Shown: positions 1 to 13,236, numbered from the whole stretch's first letter. The stretch: DNA of 59,895 bases, filler included, from Sphacelaria rigidula (GCA_964200075.2; 9 parts of 9 records of this genome joined end to end with filler, not necessarily neighbours in it), one strand, 5' to 3'. Program-made: numbers and translations. Notes: generated from the letters alone by a model not told the origin.

Positions 1-76
1 ATTGTATCGTTTAGACGCCAGACACGTCATTCCTGACCAGCCTCTTGGTCGTTCTGGAGGTCCGGTCCCAAAAGGG
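1..76. mobile_element. Right end of a non-autonomous piggyBac-like element (same family as 40941-42022)
   Basis: 17-76 is near-identical to about 41962-42022, ends GGTCCCAAAAGGG and is followed by TTAA (77-80). Confidence 0.75.
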
Positions 77-81
77 TTAAG

Positions 82-1175
82 GCCATACCCAAGTCATATT
101 CTATACTCGAGTATTATTGAGAGTGCTCACTCAATATTTGAGTAGAGTATTGAAGGTGGTACTCGATCTACTCGAATTTTGAGTAGTGGAGGCCGTACTC
201 GACCTAATCAAAATTTGAGTAGAGTATCTGAGGCCGTACCCGATTTACTCAAAGTTTGAGTAGAGTAGTTGAGGTCATACTCAATCTGCCCATATTTTGA
301 GAGGAATATTTGAGGTCATACCCAATCTACCCCAAAGTTGGGCAGAGTTTCTGAGGCCGGACCCGATGTACCACCGCTGATTACCGCTAACTCTCCCATG
401 TAGGAGTCACAGGTGCGGCCAGTAGAGTCGCTGATTTTGATAATACCTACCCGACAACCCGCCAACTCGACTATCCGATGATGATGAGTAGCGCTCTGTA
501 CTGAAAGTGACATCGAAGGGGTTGAGAGGTGGTGAGTACGTACTGCCATGGGTGGGGGCAGGTGAGCTGGGGCAGGTGGGTTTATTTACCTGCACGTTTT
601 TTTCGTTTTTTGATGGCCATCATTCTCTCATCCTCATTGTAGCCCGTGACGCACCACCACTCATCTAATTGATGACCATCGTTCGCCCATGTATCTTCTG
701 TGAAGTGACGTCACGAAGTCGCCTACGGTCACGGTTCCTTATTATACCCAAGTTATACTCTATACTCGAGTATTCCTGAGAGTGCTTTCTCACTATTTGA
801 GTAGAGTATTGGAAGTTGTGCTCGATCAACTCTAAACTTGAGTTGAGTCTTTGAGGCTGTACTCAATCCACTCAAAATTTGAGTAGAGAATTTGAGGCCG
901 TACTCGACCTACTCAATATTTGGAGTATTGAGATCATACCCAAGTGGTAGTCTATACTCATGTATTACTGAGAGTGCTTACTCAATATTTGAGTAGAGTA
1001 GTGGAGGTCTTACTCGACCTACTCAAAATTTGAGTAGAGTATTTGAGGCCGTACTCGACCTACTCAAAATTGAACAGAGTAGCTGAGGCCATACTTGACC
1101 CACTCAAATTTTGAGTGGCGTAAATACTCGGGTATTTTACTCGAGTACTCAAAAGTACACACTGTACTCGACCTG
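82..1175. repeat. Two blocks (about 82-360 and 742-1175) of a degenerate ~41-bp repeat with a palindromic TACTCAA..TTGAGTA core; probably subterminal repeats of a DNA transposon
   Basis: Unit approximately TACTCAAAATTTGAGTAGAGTATTTGAGGCCGTACTCGACC. A header ATACCCAAGT..CTATACTC..GTATT.CTGAGAGTGCT recurs at about 85, 744 and 936. Confidence 0.75.
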
Positions 1176-2199
1176 CCCTCGCTATGCTGGTCATCCCCCT
1201 TCCCTTGTCGCATGCGCCCTCCCCCATCCCCGTAATTTATCAGAGGTAGGCGCTGTACATAGGCTGACTGCGCACTGGCTCTCTTCGCGCATACTGCAAT
1301 CCTCTCGTTGACCAGATTAACGTGGGCACTCCGGTGCGATCTCTAGTCCGAGAGGCGGACGATCTTTTGTGGCTGACGTCACTGTACCATGAAGAGAAAG
1401 CCATGATCCACGCGGACGTTTCTTACCAACCTTTGGGGCCCAGGTTCGTTTGCCATCCATAGCTGTTGCCATGGCATGCCATTTTTCCCCTTGAGATGTC
1501 TCCACAGGATGCCGTTTCTCGTAGAATGTCGCACTTCTTGGAAGGTGTCACTTTCCATAAGATAAGGATGTAGGAACGGAGGGAACCAGAGCAGCCTCAG
1601 ACCGACGGAAGCTTTCGGCGAGAGAGTTCATTGTTCGGAAGCGCATCTAGCGCATCTAGCGCGTTTACTTCGAAGAACTCACAGTAGTAATGATGATCCT
1701 TCGGGTGAAATGTTATACTAGTGAAGTGTCTCTTACCAGCAAGGGATGTCATATCTCCGTCAAAGTACTAGACACGGTATTTCCTTACAACGTCCAAATT
1801 GGACGGGGAGGGGGCGGCAGGGACGGAGACGGCAGGGGATTCCGTAAATCGTGGTGATAAGGCTACCAAACGTTGTCAGATTTTTGATGATAAAAGTTCG
1901 TTCACGTGTTGACAGTGAGTTCCTGGATTCGGAGATACTGGTGCGCCTTGACCGCGAGCCAGAAGTATCGGACTGATGTGGTGCATTAAAAAATGCCAGG
2001 GAGAACGATGAGATTTGGAGTTTTCTGGTGACCGCGTCGCACCCCACAGTTGGGGTATATGAACACATCCCTACACTCACCCCGTTGCCTGTCTAAGTAC
2101 GTTGATCATTTCTTTAGCTGGTGCAGCGCCTTGCAACGGTCTTCATACCTCTTGTTGTGGTCTTCGACGGATGCGTCATGATTTCCTTCAATGCCAACA

Positions 2200-2800
2200 G
2201 GGGGGATAGGGGGGGGGAGATGATCTGTGCCGCCTGGAGTGAGACATGTGCCACCCCGTGGTTGCCAGTGCAAAAATACAGTAAATGATTACCGTTTTGC
2301 ATTAATGATGAGATGCCAATGTGTCCATCAAAACGTGTTAAATTCCAGTGATGGAATAACTGCGGTCGAATAGTAAAAGTTGCTGTACAATGAAAGTGCA
2401 GAAATATCCCCAATCGGGAAAACAATGTCGGAAGCTTACTGCGGCTCGCCTTGCCGTGCTGCGAGGGGTTGATCCCCTTCAACACCGAGCCAATTGTTCT
2501 TCCACCCATTGTCACGGCCGATGCATTGTGTTGTGTGCATCAACCAGGATGGGAACAGTTGTTAATATCGCCTTGAGGGAGGATGCCTCACCGGAAGATC
2601 GCTTGCGGGCCATGTTTCAGGTGAAAGAAAACCGAAAACCGAGTTGCAATGTTTTGATGAGCTGCTATCGGAAAAGGGAATATGGCCAGCAATATATTCC
2701 GCACGAACAACAAGCCAGAACAGTTCCGCAAGCATTCCCCGTATTTTGTGCGTCAGGTCGAAGCATCTCGCCATTTCTGATGCTCTCTTGAGCTTGTCAC
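2200..2800 (-). pseudogene. Possible highly decayed Ty3/Gypsy RT/RNase H remnant
   Basis: Minus frame reads ...FTIRPQ...NLTRF...MQNGNHLLYFCTGNHGVAHVS, loosely like the RNase H end motif (FTIxTDH...RLTRW...LQ...YxxGxxHxxADALS); weak. Confidence 0.25.
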
Positions 2801-3340
2801 ATGGAGTATGGTGACCGACCGCCCTTTCAAACCTTCCGCATTTTCCCTCCCCACTCCTCGGCCGTCTTGGGTGGACAGAAAAAGTCGAGCATTGAGGCAA
2901 GAAACGAGAGACCCATAACCCGGATAGACGACATTATAGGTTGTGGCCTATTTCGACTGGGTTCCATTTCGTTCTTCCGCGATATTGACCGAAGTGATAT
3001 TGGTTCAAGTACAAACGCCGACTCTTTCTGGGAAGGAACGAAAAACACATATAAAATTCGTTTCTGTTCTTCATTGTCAGGCAAATCTAATACACGGCCT
3101 GCTGATCCGAAACCCGGACAAGATTCCTCAAGGCGGTGATCCTGTGGATAGGACGCTCTTCCTACGTAGGATCACAGAGGAAGCTTTGGCCGTCACGAGG
3201 TCAGTTATATTCTCTTTTCGTGAGGAATTTGAGTTTAGCTTATTGTAATTTTGAATTTGCTCTGTTTTTCAATCGCACCTCTATGTACACCTACCAGTAA
3301 TGTCCCCCTGCTTTCGAGTGGGTGGGTGGGTGGGTGGGTG

Positions 3341-3883
3341 TGTCATGACTTCGAACTAGTTATTTTGTTCATTTCCCAAATAATGGTTTGACTTGGATAT
3401 TGTCTACGCTCGCCTCGTCCATCCGCCCCACTCGTAAACACAACGTATGGACCGACCAACGGGCTTGATGGACTCACACCTACAGGATGGAATTTCCCGC
3501 ATTCAGGAAGGCCTTGGTTCGCGAGGGCTGGGACTTGTCTCGCGTTACACTGGGAGGGGGTCCGTGGGTGGGGCGGTGGGGGTCCTTGGCCGTGTCCGAA
3601 CAGGAGTGAGTTATCGACAGGACAAGCGCAAAGAGCGATGTATCAAACCAGGGGTGAATCGAAGGCCACGCGTCAAGACCAGGATTGCCCCAAGGACATT
3701 CCAAACTAGGATGAACGCCGGACGTGATTCGTACAACGAAAAAAACTGGAACACCACACGCATAGGGTTTGCGGGTTGGCTTCACCCGGCGGTTTTATGC
3801 AAATGCGATCACCACAGCCCCCCAGACTCGACCGAGATTAGGGACCACGTTGTTTCTACATACGAATCAGGGTTAGCATAACG
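3341..3883. mobile_element. Probable solo LTR (~540 bp)
   Basis: Begins TGTCATG and ends CATAAC(G), a short inverted TG...CA-type terminus. Flanks GGGTG/GAGTG resemble a 5-bp TSD. Confidence 0.45.
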
Positions 3884-4964
3884 AGTGATCACCAATACAT
3901 CGCTGTATGTCCACTAACTGTGAGCTTCAATTATGCCATGGTGCCATGAGACATGGCAAACGAGGCGGCGGAGAATAGTGCATGTCTGGAGATGTAAAAA
4001 TAGTGCGTAGCTTTTCCTTGTCGGCCGTACATTCACCTATCCGCCCCCTTTCCTCCTCATCACGACTACGCATCTCAGGGGATCAGCCAAGCTGTCCCCC
4101 GGTACTTACTCGCCATTCGCGTCACATTATGGAGCAGCAGATCAGCCGTTCGCGCAGCCCGTACGTCGTCTCCCACTGTCTATTTCTTTCAATTTTGTTG
4201 CCAATTGATATTCCTATGTTTTCGGACAACGGAAGATAGGACACTATACTGCACTATAAAGTAAGCCCAGACTAATGGTGAATATACCAGTTCGACCATC
4301 GGGGTGCGGTGCATGGGCCCACTGAAAAGTACTTACAGAGGCCACGGCGGTATGATGCGGTGGATGGAAAGGCCGGGTGCCGCTGCCAACCAGGGCCGCT
4401 CTCGGGTGGGAGGTGCGGGAGAGCGACCGAGGACGGAGAGCTAGGTGGCGCACGGCACACTGATCCTACCTGTCGATGCACTTGTGTAGGTATTCGGTCG
4501 TGCTTCTTGTCCGCGCTTGGGTTTCACCGCTTTTTTGTGCCGGGAAAGTAATCCTTCGTGTTTTTGAGAGTTTTGGACACCCGACTTTTCCTCTCTTGGA
4601 CGGCGGCGGAGCCATGGTGTTATGGAAGCGCTAGGTAAAACTGACGCCTATCTCGTATACGTCCCCCCAAGCTTGTATTCTTGCTGTATAGGTCTACTAT
4701 TGTAGGTGCGTAAGCAGTAGGTACGCCATTCTGTGCAGGCCTCACCCTCCTTCGGGCATGGATGATCAATTCGAGTGTTAGTTGGATGTGCACGGTTGAT
4801 GGAATGAATACTCGCCGACAGTGATAATACTGGCGATGTTTAACTGCAGTACACTGAGTGGGTACGTACAACACAGGGGTACAACACAGGCGATCGCCCC
4901 TGTATCGTGAAATGGGGTGAATATGTGTCGTCACCAGAGTCCTTGTTTTTATGTTTCTTGTCTC

Positions 4965-5406
4965 AACACGGGATATTACAAATCGGGGATGGATCTTTTA
5001 TTGGGGATGAGAACCCGGAGGATTAAAATCTTCGTATCTACACCAAATCTTCGAATTATGATTCCATTTCTTCACCTACTGATAGCCATCGACAACTGCT
5101 ACAAGCCATAGAATTTGGATTTCGGTCACCGAAATGCTGGGGTTATGGGTGAAAAACTAATTTTGGGGAATTCCGGGTGTCTGAACGGACGCCAAAATGG
5201 TTTCGAAATTGGTTTTTCACCTACGACCCCAACATTTCGGTGATCTAGATCCAAATTTCTATGGCGTGTAGCAGTTATCAATAGCTATCAGTAGGTGAAG
5301 GAATGGAACCATATTTCCAAGATTTGGTGTGGATAAGAAGATTTTAATTCTCCGGGTTTCTCATCCCCAAAAAAAGATCCATCCCCAATTTGTAAGATCC
5401 CGTGTT
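4965..5406. mobile_element. Foldback MITE, Mutator-like (~200-bp inverted arms)
   Basis: 4965-~5165 is the reverse complement of ~5207-5406 (AACACGGGATATTACAAATCGGGGATGGATC.. / ..GATCCATCCCCAATTTGTAAGATCCCGTGTT). 9-bp flanks TCTTGTCTC / TCTTATCCC match 7/9. Confidence 0.8.
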
Positions 5407-6568
5407 TCTTATCCCCAAGATCCGATAGGAAATCGGGTCTCTCGTCATCGAAATAACAATAGCGTGTCGTTTCACAAGAATTGATGTCGGTCACCCCCTC
5501 ATCGATTGATTCCCAAAAGTTGATCCCAGCTCGCCGCTCGATGCATCTTCGCGTATACAAGATGAGTTTGTGCGTTCTCTTACGCTCTTTGAGCAGCCAT
5601 CGCCTACTTCGTCATGCGAAAATCGATATTGCATGATCAGACGATAGGCGGCAGGAGAATTGCCGAACCTTCGGCAGATCCTGTAACCAATACGATCATG
5701 TTGCCGTCATTGATGTCACTCTCGGGCTCATCATAAACTACACTATTTTTTCAGAGTTTTCGAACTTCACGTTCAGACTTTTCCAAGAAAGAAGCTTCGG
5801 AGAAAAAATCAAGGGCAATATACAAAAAAGGGTACATCCTTATGCTTTTGGAGCAAAAAAGAGTAGCGCATTTTTCGCTTTGGGGCGCGGCGCTGCACGC
5901 TGGCTGAACACCGCGAAAACACGTTCCAGTGCTCCAGCCCCACGCCCAAGGTCCCTGGGCAGCACATCCGATCATTTTGTTTCACTTTCACAAGTGTTAC
6001 TGGGCTGAACTACCGCGCCGAAAATTAGAGCCCGTGAGAGTACCCTTTTATGTAAGCAAAACAGGAGGGCACACCCTGCCCTCTGCTAAAATATTATATC
6101 TACCCTTTTTTGGTATACTGTTGTCCTTTTTCTGTCAAGTGGTGACCCTTTTGTGTGAAGTGGTGACCGTACCGCCGTCTCAGCGCAAGTTACGCCGAGC
6201 AGTCACAACCATAGCTATTTTCGGTAAAACTACACCCCGCCATAAAAGGTCGGAACCCAACGACCCGAAGAGTGTAGCCCTCCTGTTGGTTGATCTGAAG
6301 ACCTGGAAGATCCAACGATGCATACAGGTGAAGTCCCTTGTGTGCCGGACCTCACGAAGATCCAACGAACACGGGTGAACATCTTGCCGAGACACCAGCC
6401 CGAACGGCATCACGCGCGGGCGGCAACGTCAGATCGTTGCCGGATCTGCAATTTGGGGCTCGGAAACGGAGATGGACACCGACCGGATTTCGGATTGGAG
6501 CAAGAACGCCTGAATCCAACGCGGTAGACTGTACAATCAGCTGTTTTCCTCTAATCGCAAAACACGCA

Positions 6569-6668
6569 NNNNNNNNNNNNNNNNNNNNNNNNNNNNNNNN
6601 NNNNNNNNNNNNTTAATTAATTAANNNNNNNNNNNNNNNNNNNNNNNNNNNNNNNNNNNNNNNNNNNN
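6569..6668. other. Artificial contig spacer (44N-TTAATTAATTAA-44N)
   Basis: The same 100-bp spacer is at 6569, 13237, 19904, 26570, 33236, 39901, 46566 and 53231; the linker has stops in all six frames. Confidence 0.98.
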
Positions 6669-8650
6669 AAATCGGCGCCACAGTCGCAGATTTGGGGTCT
6701 ACCAAGGCCTCACGTTGTTCAGAGAATGTATGTACTGCCCTTGCCCGAGGGTTCTCGGTGTGCGTTGGGTTGGATCAACCCAACTCGCCTCCTGGCATTC
6801 CAGCGTATCGCAAGCATGGACGAAAAGCTACGCAGTGGCATGCAATATATGTGGAACAACAACGGAAGTAACGGTAGGGTTCTCTACATGAGTTTTGGAT
6901 CCATGTCGTTCTCTTCCGATGACGTCAGGCGTATTTTACCCGACGAGCCCGAATAAGCCCCAAAAGTCGATATGTTCGTGGCTTTTCGTGATTTTGGTCG
7001 GTGACACTTTTTTTGCCCAGTTTGGGGGGTCAGGCGCGCCCATGACAGTGATGATCACAAAATATTGATCGTAATTAGCTCGTGCCGAGCCGTTCCTTGA
7101 GAAGTCGTCAAGTTTGTATGCAGAGAATAGCGAACACGTTTTTCAGTTCGCTCCCCAAACGCGAAATGTTGGGGGTGTCCTAATCTGTGGCGAAGCAATA
7201 GAAAGTAGAATTCATATTGGCTTTCCCTTGTCCAAAAAATAAAATCCAACCATCCATCCTCGAACAATCTTTAATTATTTAATTAATTAATTAATACAAC
7301 CAACCAACCAACCATCCCCTAACAATAAAAATGTCAGTTTTCTCCCTGTTTTTTATTGATATCAAAAACATTTATATATACTCCTCGAAACTTGTTTGAC
7401 TAAAAGATTCAGGTGTTGCTTTACGAGGCTCATATTAGTGGCACAATGTGAACTATGTATGAGGAGGAACGGACGTGCTGGAAGGGGAAACCCGGGAAGT
7501 GAACGAAGGTGGCATGAACTCGTTTGATGCACTGAACAGAGGGGAGAAAACGATGACTATAATAGGAGATGGATGGTGGTCACAGACGGCGAAGCATGGC
7601 GGGGATAAGATATGTAAACTGTCTTGTGTAATGTATGGAAGAAACGTAATGAGCGCCCACATCTTGGACGTGTCTGTAGTTGGAGTAGGAACGGTGACGT
7701 CTCAAAAGGGAAGCGTGGTTAATGGTCAAACGACTAAGGCAAGCAACAAATGAGTATGTTGCCCCTCACCCCCCCCCCCCCCGCCATACACACACCTTCT
7801 TCCTAGCCTCGCAGAGACATTTCACACATTAGCATAAAACACCATAAAAACATGAGCTTCTTTAGTAGGCCCCTGAAAGCAGCTGCATCATTAGCTGCAG
7901 GAATGATGTAACCACGACAGATTACTCGTTGGGTGAACTCCCTGATGATCGGCAAGTGCGGCGCGGTCTCCAGCCAACTTCAAACTCAGACGCCTCCCTG
8001 TTATCTATTTAATTATTCAGTTATTTCCGGCTCATGATGAACTCAGATCCCTCTCTCGAAAACAGGGTGCATCCTAGCTCCGAGTTTAGTGCCTTAGTCT
8101 CAACATGTGGACCAACTTCAGTTTCATAGGTCCCGACTGCGTCTGGCAGCTGTAATTACTTGGATTTAGACTAGGTGCTATGCGACCGACATGACTCAAA
8201 AAAGGCAAAGAGGCAGAACAAAATAGAGTCCATTTTTTTAGCTGCAAGTATCGCAAGCACGCAAATCAAACCAATCCGGGCAGCGTCAGAGCTGACAAGA
8301 TCATGTAAAGGTGCCCTTACTGTAGCGACCTCAGCACTCGGCTCCGTTCTTGCTGACATGAGTTCATGTGTACGAGCAAGTCGAGACGAAACGCGCACTG
8401 GACGTGAGTTACCCCGCGAGGTTACGCGGAATGCCGTACAACTGCTAGTGCAGTGCCGTCAGTCGTCCGTCTCTCTATTATAATAGATTGTGTTCGAGGT
8501 ACGGTACTGCGACGCACACCATTCGACTTGTTCGACTGAAATCTACCTTGAGAGACGAGGCCAGCCTGCCGCAGGTGTGGGTTCTCGTTACACCCCGCGA
8601 GGAGTCTTACTCTTGGGTTACCGACAGCAGGTGAACCTGGATGTGCTCAC

Positions 8651-8881
8651 CTCGGCCCATTTTTCGGGGGTCAGCCCCTCTGGTGTCTTCACGGTGACGA
8701 CACCCGGGCAGGCCCATTCTACATCTCGACAGTTGTCCCCCCAGTTGCAGTCATCAAAAAACAACATCTCGTCGTAAGCGAACCCAGAGTCTTCCTGCAA
8801 CTTTTTGAAATGCCTGCCCTTGTTGTCGGGGTATATCTCCCGGTACTTCACCACTTCATCCATCACCAACCCAGGGGAGAC
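8651..8881 (-). CDS. MDP1: Exon of magnesium-dependent phosphatase 1-like (HAD subfamily IIIC)
   Basis: cacag| acceptor, |gtgag donor, 77 codons: VSPG..YREIYPDNKGRHFKKLQEDSGFAYDEMLFFDD..NCRDV..PGVVTVKTPEGLTPEKWAE, matching the MDP-1 EIYP..K..HF..MLFFDD motifs. Confidence 0.85.
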
Positions 8882-9147
8882 CTGTGTGGATACAAGATAT
8901 GTGCGTGGAAGAACGTTTGGCACGGTGTGTGCCGTGAGGCGCTGTCGTGGAGGCAGGATGATAAAAGCGGATTCAAAGTGAACGTCTTCATGTGCTTCCA
9001 CATGAATAATGGCATGCCACACCGACATCACACACACTACCTATAGCAGTATCGGGTGAGCTGTGCGGCTGGCGCACCACGCTGGGAGTTACCCGACACG
9101 CAAGATGTCCCACGACGCGACACCCTGAAATCGCAAAAGAAACATAC

Positions 9148-9364
9148 CTCGAGTAACCGCAGACATTCCAAGGCCCATGATTCTTTTGTTGTCGCCGACG
9201 CGACAGCTACTTCTGTGTTGGAAAATTTTTCTTGGCTGCTTAGTTCTTGCAAGGCGAGCCTTGCACCGGAGAACAACGTCAGACGATCCCTCCCGGCTTT
9301 CACGGAATTTGTTGCCGAATCCCAGCCTGTTGGCGCCTGGGGCAGCTCGAACAATTCGGGCGAC
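9148..9364 (-). CDS. MDP1: Upstream exon of the same MDP-1-like gene
   Basis: ctccag| acceptor (phase 2), |gtatgt donor. SPELFELP..LTLFSGARLALQEL..EVAVASATTKESWALECLRLLE joins the next exon in frame; AVAS is HAD motif II. The DxD (motif I) exon was not found in this contig. Confidence 0.8.
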
Positions 9365-10099
9365 CTGGAGGCCGCAGTATTGACAAAACAATCATCCGTC
9401 GTACAATCTTGGAACATGAACCCCTCGAACGCAAGGTCGCCCGAAAGCGCCGCAAAAATGTCATCACGCAGATAGGAGTCGGGAGTTTTCTTGCAACGAC
9501 CCCAACAATGAAGTTCCGGGGAGTGATGCGCTCGTTGTTGCATTGTCCTATGCCTGCTGTGATGGCTGTAGTGGTGGAAATAATTCCCCCCGTGGGCACT
9601 TACCTCAACACTGTTACAGGCGCACTCGAAGCAGTTACTGTGGCTGAATGCAGCAGCGTGCTGCTCTCACACCTCGGGAAATTTGACGGTTTCCTGCTTC
9701 TGTCGAGGTCTCTGGCGTCGTGAGCATAATTTCGCCAGTTGGTCAAAAGTCACGTGTTTTCATCACAGGCAACTCTACTGCACATTTTCATTTCTGTACT
9801 GTACCAAATCACGAGCTAACACCACGCTTCACTGTTGAACGGTCTCGTGGCAGCACCTTGTTACAATCTAAACACAAGGGCATGTGCGTACACGCAAACC
9901 CTGCACGTCGCCACCTTACCAGCCCACTTCAAAGATATGAAGAAAACGGGGGTGCATTTTTTGCCAACCTTCGCGGTATCGCGGAGGTTATCTCCGTGCT
10001 AACACCAATACACACACATGCAGAAGGCTTTCGGCGGCTTTGGTCGCCACGCTCAATGGACCGACACCAATATACATAGGCACCGGTGATGGTTATGTG

Positions 10100-11450
10100 C
10101 GTTGCGTATTGGCACATGGCATGGTTTGATAAAAACCCGTAGCTGCACATTAGCTGAGCACGTGGTGTGTGAACTTGCACAACTCCGTTCCGATTCAGTG
10201 ACGGACGATGATACGTGTGAGACGCGCGCGACAACATACGCACACAAAGCGTCAGCACCCGTTGAGATTATGCCAATTCAATTTCGTAAAAAAACCCTCA
10301 AAACCTTCGCGTCCAGCCACTCAAGATGACCAAAGCTAGCATGAAGAAGTGATAGCAGCCGCAGCAGCAGTGCAGAGACAGGGGGAAAGGAAGTACCGTT
10401 GAGACGATGGGACATGCGTACAAGGTCAAAACATACTCGAGGTGTGCAAGCCCTGCCCGGAGAGGTCGACTATGTACAATGGAGAGGGTTGTCACGATTT
10501 CATCTCGTGTCTTTTTGAATTTGAAATGAACATGACGCCCATTCAATTTTTGAGTACGAGCTACGCCAGCCGTAAAACTTATAAACGCACAGCACACGAC
10601 TTCTAGTATCCCGAATCAGCCCGGTTCAAGTCTATCGCCGTGAACTGCAGACCAACCTGGCCGTGCACGCTCTGCCGCTAAAACAACAAGACAAAAACAA
10701 TGTACTGCATAATATATGACCTCAGCGATGGAACCAGATTTTGCGAGGAAAATGAGTATCTGTCATAACCGGAGTCTTCCGTAACACTTAGATTATCGGG
10801 CTGCAGCGATATAACACAAAGGACTTTTCAGCCGAAAATTTACCGGGATCTTCTGCGCGCAAGTACGAAACTCATCTCCGGGGATGCCGCCGTTTATTCA
10901 TTCACGGAGTTATGTCCTTCCCCAATTTTTGCTGAAATTTCAAATCACTCTTTCTGTTTCCCTTTTCCTTGGTATCCTTAGAAATGTTGCGCGTGTTGAT
11001 GATAAAGATGCCGTATCAATTTGTTCAGGGCCTGAGTTCTCAAATTATGCACCGCGTGACCCGACTACCGAGAAGAAACACCATCAACTGGCCCAGCTCG
11101 TAAAAACGATGCCGATTCCACCAATGACTTTCTCTTGCGTTGTTTCTACCCTGAACAGGAACACAGATGTTTTGTTGACAGGGGCACATACAAAGGTTTG
11201 ACACAACTCAGCACAATCAGAGGTACCCTGAGGGACTGACTGCCCCCGCAAACCGAAAACACACGGCTCGAGCTCTAGCTTCTCATTAGCTGAGTACGTG
11301 GTGTGTGAACTTGCACGAATCTGTCCAGATTTAATGAGACACGATGGTTTGTGTGAGACGCGCACGCACAGCACACCCACACAGAAGGTTAGCACCCGTT
11401 GAGATAATGTCGACTCAAATCCGGAACATGATTCAAAACCGTTACGTCCG
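10100..11450. repeat. Dispersed repeat family: internal duplication (about 10140-10270 vs 11280-11410) and similarity of about 10985-11160 to 16240-16440
   Basis: Shared strings CATTAGCTGAG.ACGTGGTGTGTGAACTTGCAC and GTTGCGCG.GTTGATG. Confidence 0.55.
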
Positions 11451-12089
11451 ATCCAGTCATGAACAGAACACGGGGCGGAAAGCAAATGAACTCCACACCC
11501 AAGCAGAAACAGAGCACACTCTGATGTCCAGCGAAACGCAAACGAAGAAGTATCAGCGAAAAACACCTATAATCTAAAATCAGGTAGAGACTGAATGCTG
11601 GCTTCTCAGAGCTTCTGAGGACGAAAGGACCCCGAAAGAGACGTACTTCGAGATCAAAATGCAGCCGATTCCGAATGCAGCCACCCCATGCCTACCAGCA
11701 GTTCAGATTGACGGTACAGGAGGGCGAGACGGAGTCCATGCGCCTGTGGTCAGCATCGAGTTCCACAGCGACCGCACTGCACATCAAGGGGGCCGGTCAA
11801 CGGTACAAGCAGACCAAGTTCATAAACCTTGGTGCTGTCAGCGCGTAGCGAAAATGTCCATCCAAATCAACCGCCGCATCAGCACGGGCATTTCTCCGAA
11901 AATATAGTCAACCAACTCTAGGATCGACAAAAACGCCCAGCGGAAGTCCGGCTGCTTAAACGGAGATGCTGGAAGCTCTGTTTGTACAGACGTGCGACAT
12001 GGACCTTCCGTTCTGAGAACTTCGACAGTCTGCGCGCTGCCCATCGCAACCTGTTGCTGCAAGCGGTCGGATTTTGCAGGAAATATCGA

Positions 12090-12950
12090 GATGGCTATAA
12101 GACTTGTTCGTATAGAGCTGTGCTCGAGATGACCTACAGCGAATGTATCAGACGACTATGAGCAAACACGCCTTCCCAAACGCATCATGCATGGACGCTT
12201 AGCCGCACCAGGGCCCATGGAGGTTGGGTGCCCCCCACAAACACTGGGGGGAAACCTCCAGGAGACCCCACGCACTTGGGGCTGTTATACACCACAAATG
12301 AGCGCATCGGAAATGGTTTCTCTACAATGTAGAGGTTAACGACGCATATGATTGGGTCACTACCGCGAAGAACATGGGCAAATTACATCTTGGAGTCGAG
12401 AAAGGGGTGGAAGAATTCGAGGACACGTGGCGACGCGAAGGCAAACGAGAATCGGACCACCGTCACGAACGAGAGGCTGCTGCGTCGAGAGTCGCCAGTC
12501 GGAGACCCCGTCTGTCCCCATCGGTTGTTGATTTCGTCCATGGTCGGTGATTTCGCGGTGCCCCCCTGGTGTGTTTGTACCTGCTTTGCTGTTCTGTGTC
12601 CTTGAGGTTTCACCACTTTTCTTGTCTCCTTCTCTGTTGTCTTTTTCTTCCCCCATCTTTCTCTCCTTGTATGCATCCTTTCCTGCCGGTGTACGCAAGG
12701 GCAGTTTGGTGCCTCGCTGCCGAGGTGTTCATGGATGAGAGGTTCATACCACAGGCAGCAAGGTCGCCGTAGATGATGTGCCGCAATCTGTCCCCACGGT
12801 TTGTCGCTTTCTACCATTGGGTATGAGGGTGGTTCCGGCGCAAGATCTTTTCCATCGAAGCCATGTGGCAGAGGCCGGCCACTTCAAGTTTTTCTCGCTT
12901 AAATCTTTTATTTTCTTGGTCTACTCTGTTTGTCTGTCTTATCTTTTCCG
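12090..12950 (+). mobile_element. 5'-truncated non-LTR retrotransposon (RTE-like LINE): ORF2 C-terminus plus 3' UTR, decayed
   Basis: Frames give RLPKRIMHGRL and DWVTTAKNMGKLHLGVEKGVEEFEDTWRRE, typical of the RTE-type ORF2 tail, followed by a pyrimidine-rich UTR. Confidence 0.6.
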
Positions 12951-12957
12951 TTTTTTT

Positions 12958-13236
12958 CAGGGAGGGATACGTGATACGTGACGTTTTAATGTGACACATT
13001 CGAAATCACGTAACCTTGGGTCATTTAATGCTACGTAAGATTCGATTTTTTGGATGGGACATATGTAGCGTAACGTGATATCACGTGTGGTCCTTCGCAT
13101 GAGCCCTAGCATTGCGTTTTACTTTCCACATGTGACGAAAACTCTGCTTGTTTTCGTGAATATGTCCCGTGTCACGTGTCACGTTCAAAATTCACAAAAA
13201 CAGCCTTTTTTTACATCTGGAAAACACCAAGAGACA
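12958..13236. mobile_element. End of a hAT-like element with ACGT-rich subterminal repeats, cut by the contig end
   Basis: Starts CAGGGAGGGATACGTGATACGTG; dense CACGT/ACGTG motifs as in 48900-51110. Confidence 0.4.

Noticed and set aside
82..1175. CRISPR array
   Set aside because: Units are degenerate and contiguous with no unique spacers; eukaryotic context; no cas genes
6613..6624. Recurring TTAATTAATTAA as a biological motif or piggyBac target
   Set aside because: Always centred in 44+44 N; it is an assembly linker with stops in all frames
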